Below, in pieces: positions 8,368 to 13,310 of a stretch of DNA of 13,310 nt. A model generated the notes under the pieces. That model was given only the letters and a program-made list of their open reading frames with translations, searched no databases and was not told where the DNA came from. This DNA is from Promethearchaeota archaeon (GTDB lineage Archaea > Asgardarchaeota > Lokiarchaeia > Sigyniarchaeales > SOKP01), in contig RDOA01000069.1 in assembly GCA_011364925.1 (NCBI GenBank), positions 1 to 13,310 on the forward strand. Reading direction: 5' to 3'. Made by a program: the position numbers and the translations under genes. Position 1 is the first letter of the stretch. Each line of letters begins with the position of its first letter.

Positions 8368-9780
8368 GTGAATAAAATGGAAAAAGATCCAACCAGTGAT
8401 TATTCTGCAAAAGGAGCAGTAGGTTATAGTTTTGGGCAAATATCACTTATTACCTCGTATCAGGCATTTACATTTTTAATCTTTACATTCTACTTTGCAG
8501 TAGTAGGGATTCCTGTAGACCTTATTACATTAGGATTCATTATCTGGTCGATCTGGAACGCTTTTAATGATCCTTTGATGGGATTTCTTAGTGACCGAAC
8601 TCACACTCGGTGGGGTCGTCGTAGACCCTATATAATGTTCTTTTTGGGTCCGTTAGCTGCTGTCATGTTCTTTTTGTTCTTTCCACCTCTAACCTACGGA
8701 ATTACGGACACTACGATTAACTTTATCTATTTCGTTGTCATAATTATGGTTTTTGAATTCTGTTATACGACTTACGATATTAATCTCACCTCTATGTTAC
8801 CAGAAATATTTATCACAAAAGACACACGAATGAAAGCAAATAACATCCGTCAAGTTTTCGCTATTATAGGACTAATTTTTGCTTTTCTCCTTCCAGGATT
8901 TTTTATTGAGGATTATTCAAATAAGGATTACATCAATAATTACGCCTTCTTTGGAATAACATTGACGGTTATCATAGTAATCGTAGGTATTCTCTTTTTA
9001 AAGTTCACTCCAAGAGAAAGGCCTGAGTTTCAACAGGATCATAAAGATGTCCCGGGTTTCTTCACTTCTTTTAGGACTACTTTGAAAAATAAATCTTTCA
9101 GATTAGCAGTACCGGCTTTTATCGGAGATTTTTTCGTAGATACTATTCTGCCTACAATTATACCTTTATACGGAAAGTATGTATTAAAGCAAGAAGGAAT
9201 AATATTATCGCTTTTACTAGGAGTAGCTTTTATCGCCGCTGCTTTATCAATTACAGTTATATGGAAACCATTGGCTAGAAGAATCGGGATAAGGAAAATG
9301 TGGATGATTTCTTCTGCAGTTTGGATGGTTACGTTATTTCCTTTAATTTTTGATTTAAATCTCATTTTTGCTTTCATCGTATTTTTCCTTGTTGGTATAG
9401 GATTAGGAGGATCGCTCTATTCTAAAGATTTAATTGTTTCAGACATTATTGATGAAGACGAGGTAAGAACAGGGACTAGAAGAGACGCTAGTTTCTTTGG
9501 CAGTTACATTTTTTTCTTGAGAGTAGGTTATATTTTCGTTTTTCTTGCAATTAGTCTTGTTTTCACTAATGTAGGCTGGAAGATCTACGAACCTGACGTT
9601 ACAGCAATTACTGCGAAGCAAATTTTAGGATTAAAATTCTTAGCTTTCGTTTATCCGGCGATGGCACTTACATTTATCATTTTAGCAATGTGGTTTTATC
9701 CATTGCATGGAGAATATCTTAAAGAAATCAAAACTAAATTAGCTAGAATGCATGAGGATAAAAAAGCACGACTTAGTTAG
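8368..9780 (+). CDS. MFS glycoside-pentoside-hexuronide (GPH, MelB-like) cation symporter
   Basis: Has the GPH signature WNAFNDPLMGFLSDRTHTRWGRRRPY, SDIIDEDE..TG.RR....FG, and about 11-12 TM segments. The start is GTG 8368 or ATG 8377. Confidence 0.92.
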   Translation: MNKMEKDPTSDYSAKGAVGYSFGQISLITSYQAFTFLIFTFYFAVVGIPVDLITLGFIIWSIWNAFNDPLMGFLSDRTHTRWGRRRPYIMFFLGPLAAVMFFLFFPPLTYGITDTTINFIYFVVIIMVFEFCYTTYDINLTSMLPEIFITKDTRMKANNIRQVFAIIGLIFAFLLPGFFIEDYSNKDYINNYAFFGITLTVIIVIVGILFLKFTPRERPEFQQDHKDVPGFFTSFRTTLKNKSFRLAVPAFIGDFFVDTILPTIIPLYGKYVLKQEGIILSLLLGVAFIAAALSITVIWKPLARRIGIRKMWMISSAVWMVTLFPLIFDLNLIFAFIVFFLVGIGLGGSLYSKDLIVSDIIDEDEVRTGTRRDASFFGSYIFFLRVGYIFVFLAISLVFTNVGWKIYEPDVTAITAKQILGLKFLAFVYPAMALTFIILAMWFYPLHGEYLKEIKTKLARMHEDKKARLS

Positions 9781-9791
9781 CAATTTAGTAA

Positions 9792-9802
9792 TTTTTTTTT
9801 TT
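9792..9802 (+). terminator. Archaeal-type oligo(T) terminator of the larA-aor-GPH unit
   Basis: T11 run 11 nt after the transporter stop, in the 36-bp gap between convergent genes. Confidence 0.6.
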
Positions 9803-9816
9803 ATCTTTAATTCCTT

Positions 9817-11493
9817 TTAAAACTTCAATATTGCGCCTTCTGCTGCGGAAGCCACAAGTTTTTTATATTTTAATAACGCTCTACTTTTTATTGGATTTTC
9901 TATTGGTTTCCAACTTGTTAACCTCTCGTTAATTTCTTCTGGAGAAAGATGAACATTAAGCGTTCTGTTCGGAATGTCAATACTAATTGTGTCTCCATTT
10001 TGAACAATAGCAATAGGCCCTCCTACATATGCTTCTGGACTAACGTGGCCAATACACGGACCCGAGGTGCCTCCTGAGAAACGTCCATCGGTAATTAATG
10101 CTACGTGTTGTAAATTTCTCTTTAACATTAGCGTTGCAGTTACCGCTAATAATTCTGGCATACCCGGGGCTCCTTTAGGACCCTCGTATCTTATAATGAG
10201 CGCAGAACCGTCAGGAATTTTGTTCAATGCTAAATCGTTAAGAACATCAACTTCAGAATTATAACATTGAGCAGGACCTACGAAATTAAGCATACCTTTA
10301 TCTTTTATTCCTGATTGCTTAATTACAGCACCATTTGGCGCCAAATTTCCTTTTAGAACGACAGTTCCACCTTCTGGATATACTGGATTATTTAAGGGTC
10401 TAATTATATCATCATCTAAAACTTGGCTTCTCCTAAAAGTTTTCCCTATAGGTCTCCCAGATACTGTCATACAATCTAAGTTAAGAAAATCTTTTATCCT
10501 ATTCATAACAGCAGGAATACCACCAGCTTTGTATAAATCTACAACTCCGTAATTACCTGAAGGATAAACATTAGCAATTGTGGGTATTTTTTTGCTGTAT
10601 TTATTAAAAAGCTCGAGATCGAATTCAATTCCCATTTCATACGCAATTGCTGGGAGATGTAATGCTGAATTTGTTGATCCTCCAATTGCTAAATCGACCA
10701 TAAGAGCATTCTCTAAAGATTCTCTCGTCATGATCTGAGAAGGAGTAATACCATTTTCGAGTAATTTCATAATTTGTTTGCCTGAATTCCTTGCTAAAAC
10801 GTATTTCATGTTGGTAACGGCAGGTATAGTGGCAGCATTTGGCAGTGTCATCCCAAATGCCTCCATTAGGCATTGAAATGTGTTAGCTGTACCCATTATT
10901 TCACAAGCCCCAAAACTTGCACACGTAACACATTTAACTTTGTTGTTAAAGTCATCGTATTTTTTTTCATCTATTCCAGAGTAATCAGGGGAAAATTCAA
11001 TCTCCCAGAAGCTTGGACCTCCCGGAACGCATATAGTTGGGATGTCTAAACGAATTGCTGCCATTAACATTGCGGGATTTATCTTATCGCAGGATGATAT
11101 TGTTACAAGTGCATCTAAACTGTGGGCTTCGACCATTAGTTCTACAGAATCAGCTATAACTTCTCGATGTGGTAGAATATGTTTCATCCCTTCATTTCCA
11201 TTTGCCCAACCATCGCAAGGCGCAACTGTACAGAATTCAAAAGGCAAACCTCCCGCTTCTAGAATTCCATATTTTACAGCTTCTGCAATTCTATTGAGGT
11301 GGGCGTGTCCTGGATTAATTTCATTCCAAGAATTTGCAATTCCGATAAATGGTTTACTATCGATATCTTTATCTTCGAAACCTGCGCCCTTAATTATACC
11401 CCGAGTAACATAATTAAAGGGTGTGGTTTTAGTGTATTCGAATATACGATTACTTCTTGATTTAATCTGGGAATTTTTATCATTCATTTTCAT
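9817..11493 (-). CDS. IlvD/Edd-family Fe-S dehydratase, likely a sugar-acid (aldonate) dehydratase
   Basis: Has NPGHAHL, CDG, CDK (C135/K137), GAC..MGTANT (C197), GGSTN..LHLPAIA, LKGNLAP.GAVIK, RYEGPKG.PGMPE, TDGRFSGG and IGHVSPEA. The family call is secure; the substrate is inferred. Confidence 0.92.
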   Translation of the reverse strand: MKMNDKNSQIKSRSNRIFEYTKTTPFNYVTRGIIKGAGFEDKDIDSKPFIGIANSWNEINPGHAHLNRIAEAVKYGILEAGGLPFEFCTVAPCDGWANGNEGMKHILPHREVIADSVELMVEAHSLDALVTISSCDKINPAMLMAAIRLDIPTICVPGGPSFWEIEFSPDYSGIDEKKYDDFNNKVKCVTCASFGACEIMGTANTFQCLMEAFGMTLPNAATIPAVTNMKYVLARNSGKQIMKLLENGITPSQIMTRESLENALMVDLAIGGSTNSALHLPAIAYEMGIEFDLELFNKYSKKIPTIANVYPSGNYGVVDLYKAGGIPAVMNRIKDFLNLDCMTVSGRPIGKTFRRSQVLDDDIIRPLNNPVYPEGGTVVLKGNLAPNGAVIKQSGIKDKGMLNFVGPAQCYNSEVDVLNDLALNKIPDGSALIIRYEGPKGAPGMPELLAVTATLMLKRNLQHVALITDGRFSGGTSGPCIGHVSPEAYVGGPIAIVQNGDTISIDIPNRTLNVHLSPEEINERLTSWKPIENPIKSRALLKYKKLVASAAEGAILKF

Positions 11494-11580
11494 TATCGCA
11501 TTAGAGTAGTGTAAATAAGTTTATAATAAAAAAAGTATCAATTTAATTATATTTTGATAAATTCTTAAGGCTTTAGAATC
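11494..11580. promoter_or_regulatory. Compact divergent promoter region between the dehydratase and the aldolase-hydrolase genes
   Basis: 87-bp AT-rich spacer. TATA-like TTATAAAC on the - strand (11525-11518) lies about 25 nt before the 11493 start, and TTTAATTA (11542-11549) lies about 30 nt before 11581. There is no SD, which is consistent with leaderless transcripts. Confidence 0.5.
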
Positions 11581-12246
11581 GTGGAAAAGTTAGAATCAAT
11601 TTTAAACGAATATTCGAGACTTTATACTTGTGCTGTTTCAGATGCAATTGACGAGCTAGGACTTGAAGCTGGGTTTCTTGACCCTCTAATAAGACCTATG
11701 TGGGCAGGAGCGCGCATTCTTGGATTAGCAGGAACTATGAAAATGGTTCTGTCTGACGAACCACTTGATAGAAATATTATTGCTCGCCTTACAAAATTCA
11801 TGCGGAAAAGTCCGAAATTTCCAATTATGTGCGTCGACATGTCAGATCAAATGATCGCCGCGGGTTTAGGACAGAGCACCAGCAGACTGTTATTGGGGCT
11901 GGGATTTAAAGGAGGTTTGGTTGATGGCCCTATTAGAGATATTTCTCAAGTTCTTGCTCTTAAATTTCCAATTTTCGCTCGTGGAATTATAGCGTCATCC
12001 ATTAGGGGAAGAATGAACATTGACTTAGATTCGGTTATGAAACCTATACATTGTGGAGGTAGAATTGTATCTCCCGGTGACCTCATTTTTGGAGACATTA
12101 ACGGAGTAGTGATAGTTAAACAAAACGATATTGAAGCCGTGTTAAAAAAAGCCAAGGAGATTATTGCCACTGATAAGTGGTGGTTTGAACAGTTGGAAAA
12201 AGGAAGGGATCCTTCCGAGATTGAGAAGGAAAAAGAATTACCGTAA
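11581..12246 (+). CDS. RraA / HMG-CHA aldolase family protein (putative class II pyruvate aldolase)
   Basis: Has T.AVSDAID, G.A.T, VDGPIRD, FPIFARG and CGG..VSPGDLIFGDINGVVIV. GTG start. Confidence 0.88.
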   Translation: MEKLESILNEYSRLYTCAVSDAIDELGLEAGFLDPLIRPMWAGARILGLAGTMKMVLSDEPLDRNIIARLTKFMRKSPKFPIMCVDMSDQMIAAGLGQSTSRLLLGLGFKGGLVDGPIRDISQVLALKFPIFARGIIASSIRGRMNIDLDSVMKPIHCGGRIVSPGDLIFGDINGVVIVKQNDIEAVLKKAKEIIATDKWWFEQLEKGRDPSEIEKEKELP

Positions 12247-12276
12247 AATCATAATAATTAGTTTTTCTTAAAAAAA

Positions 12277-13310
12277 ATGAGTGATGAACAAATAGAAATT
12301 AGTCTTGTAGATATCGAAGCTTTAAAATCTGTTTTTGAGTTATTTTCTACTTTTCTTAATAAGTTTCCAGTGAGAAAACCTAAATTCAATATTGATCGAT
12401 TTAGAAGAAAAATTGAAGAATTGGAGCATAAATACCATAAAAAAGAAGAATCCGTGTACAAAGACTTTATAAATCTATTGAACAAATTGAAATTAACAAT
12501 TCAGAAGGTGGTCGAACCAGAAATGCTTTATATCGTAGGATGGCACGGAGGAATTGTCATTGATGAAATTGGTTTTTGTGAATTTGACGATCCGAAATAT
12601 GCTATGGATCGTTTGATTGAGAATATTCGAATTGCTATAGAAAACGAGATGCCTTATAACTTAGAAGTAGTTGGTAGTTGTTTAAGGTGGTTAAATAAAA
12701 GATATCCTTATAATTTCAAAAAATTCCTCGATTTATTTGAACAAGGGAAGTCTGAAATCATTAATCCTTCTTATTCGCAACCATACAACTTAATTATTGG
12801 TCCAGAGTCTAACATTAAGCACTTTGAATTCGGATTAAGAAATTTGAAAGAACTTGGGTTAGATTCACACTCATTTTACTGTTCAGAAAGCTCAGTTCAC
12901 CCTCAATTGCCTCAAATCCTAAAAGGGTTCAATATTAAATATGCTTCGCTGAGAACTCGCTTGCTAGGGGTAAATCCTACTGCAAATTCTCCACATATTA
13001 ATTGGATAGGCTTAGATAATACAAAGATCGATACTATTATAGATCAATCAGGGGTGTTTAATGGTGAATATTGGCACGGAACTTTTTTTCAAGAATTACC
13101 TAATTTATTATTTCAAGCTGTCGCTCGCCCATATATGAAAAGAATAGTATCTACAACCATTGAAGATTTTATACATAAAATGCCATACCACGAAGCGATC
13201 TGGCGAATATCTAAATATTCAGATGTTTTTGGGAAATTTTTAGGGTTAACAGAATTCTTCGAATTGACTGAGAAGGATGGGGATTTCAAATACATTAGAG
13301 ACGAATTTCG
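12277..13310 (+). CDS. Glycoside hydrolase of the GH38/GH57 (beta/alpha)7-barrel type, partial (runs off window end; not in the ORF track)
   Basis: Translated by hand: ATG at 12277 and no stop for 344 codons (MSDEQIEISLVDIEALK...). Motifs G.SEIINPSYSQP..LIIGPESNIKHFEFG, HPQLPQILKGFNIKYA and WIGLDNTKI resemble the GH38 N-terminal domain. Confidence 0.8.
   Translation, partial: MSDEQIEISLVDIEALKSVFELFSTFLNKFPVRKPKFNIDRFRRKIEELEHKYHKKEESVYKDFINLLNKLKLTIQKVVEPEMLYIVGWHGGIVIDEIGFCEFDDPKYAMDRLIENIRIAIENEMPYNLEVVGSCLRWLNKRYPYNFKKFLDLFEQGKSEIINPSYSQPYNLIIGPESNIKHFEFGLRNLKELGLDSHSFYCSESSVHPQLPQILKGFNIKYASLRTRLLGVNPTANSPHINWIGLDNTKIDTIIDQSGVFNGEYWHGTFFQELPNLLFQAVARPYMKRIVSTTIEDFIHKMPYHEAIWRISKYSDVFGKFLGLTEFFELTEKDGDFKYIRDEF

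Noticed and set aside
9817-11493. Gene symbol ilvD (branched-chain amino acid synthesis)
   Set aside because: There are no ilv/leu neighbours, the motif is MGTA, and the context is catabolic. Symbol withheld.
11581-12246. Annotation as RNase E regulator RraA or MenG methyltransferase
   Set aside because: These are legacy family names. There is no SAM-binding motif, and the context favours an aldolase.
12541-13080. Repeated TGGCACGGA (WHG) at 12541 and 13072
   Set aside because: It is only 9 bp with no extended similarity, so it does not support an internal duplication.
899-13295. Short 60-123 aa ORFs in the track (e.g. 899-1138, 1523-1717, 1811-1993, 2479-2661, 3860-4066, 5768-6007, 7050-7247, 9039-9377, 9439-9621, 10067-10264, 10637-10873, 11042-11413, 11622-11840, 11946-12170, 12258-12485, 13113-13295)
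   Set aside because: All overlap well-supported genes, either antisense or out of frame, and show no recognisable motifs. They look like shadow ORFs.
1-13310. CRISPR arrays, tRNA/rRNA, IS elements, frameshifted pseudogenes
   Set aside because: I saw no spaced direct repeats, GC-rich structured segments, transposase motifs or broken frames. Intergenic gaps are short and AT-rich. This was by eye only; tRNAscan or Infernal would be definitive.

Overview
AT-rich, densely coding window, most likely from an anaerobic archaeon. An Asgard/Lokiarchaeia-like origin is my inference from the 7TM-zinc-finger protein, the membrane-anchored double winged-helix regulator, the AOR, TATA-like promoters, oligo-T terminators and the scarcity of Shine-Dalgarno sites. 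I find 11 credible CDS. The left part holds a family I CoA-transferase beta-subunit homolog that lacks the catalytic Glu, a 7TM protein fused to a C4C4 RING-like finger, a membrane-anchored wHTH regulator, an ICMT/PEMT-like methyltransferase and a type-B carboxylesterase. The right part (5172-13310) is a coherent cluster: LarA-family nickel-pincer racemase/epimerase, aldehyde:ferredoxin oxidoreductase, GPH-family sugar symporter, IlvD/Edd-family dehydratase with sugar-acid-type motifs, RraA/HMG-type aldolase, and a GH38/GH57-fold glycoside hydrolase. The hydrolase is missing from the ORF track because it runs off the window end. The best candidate for an undescribed system is this cluster, read as a kinase-free, Entner-Doudoroff-like sugar(-acid) catabolic route built from non-standard enzyme families. 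I saw no rRNA, tRNA, CRISPR array or mobile element.
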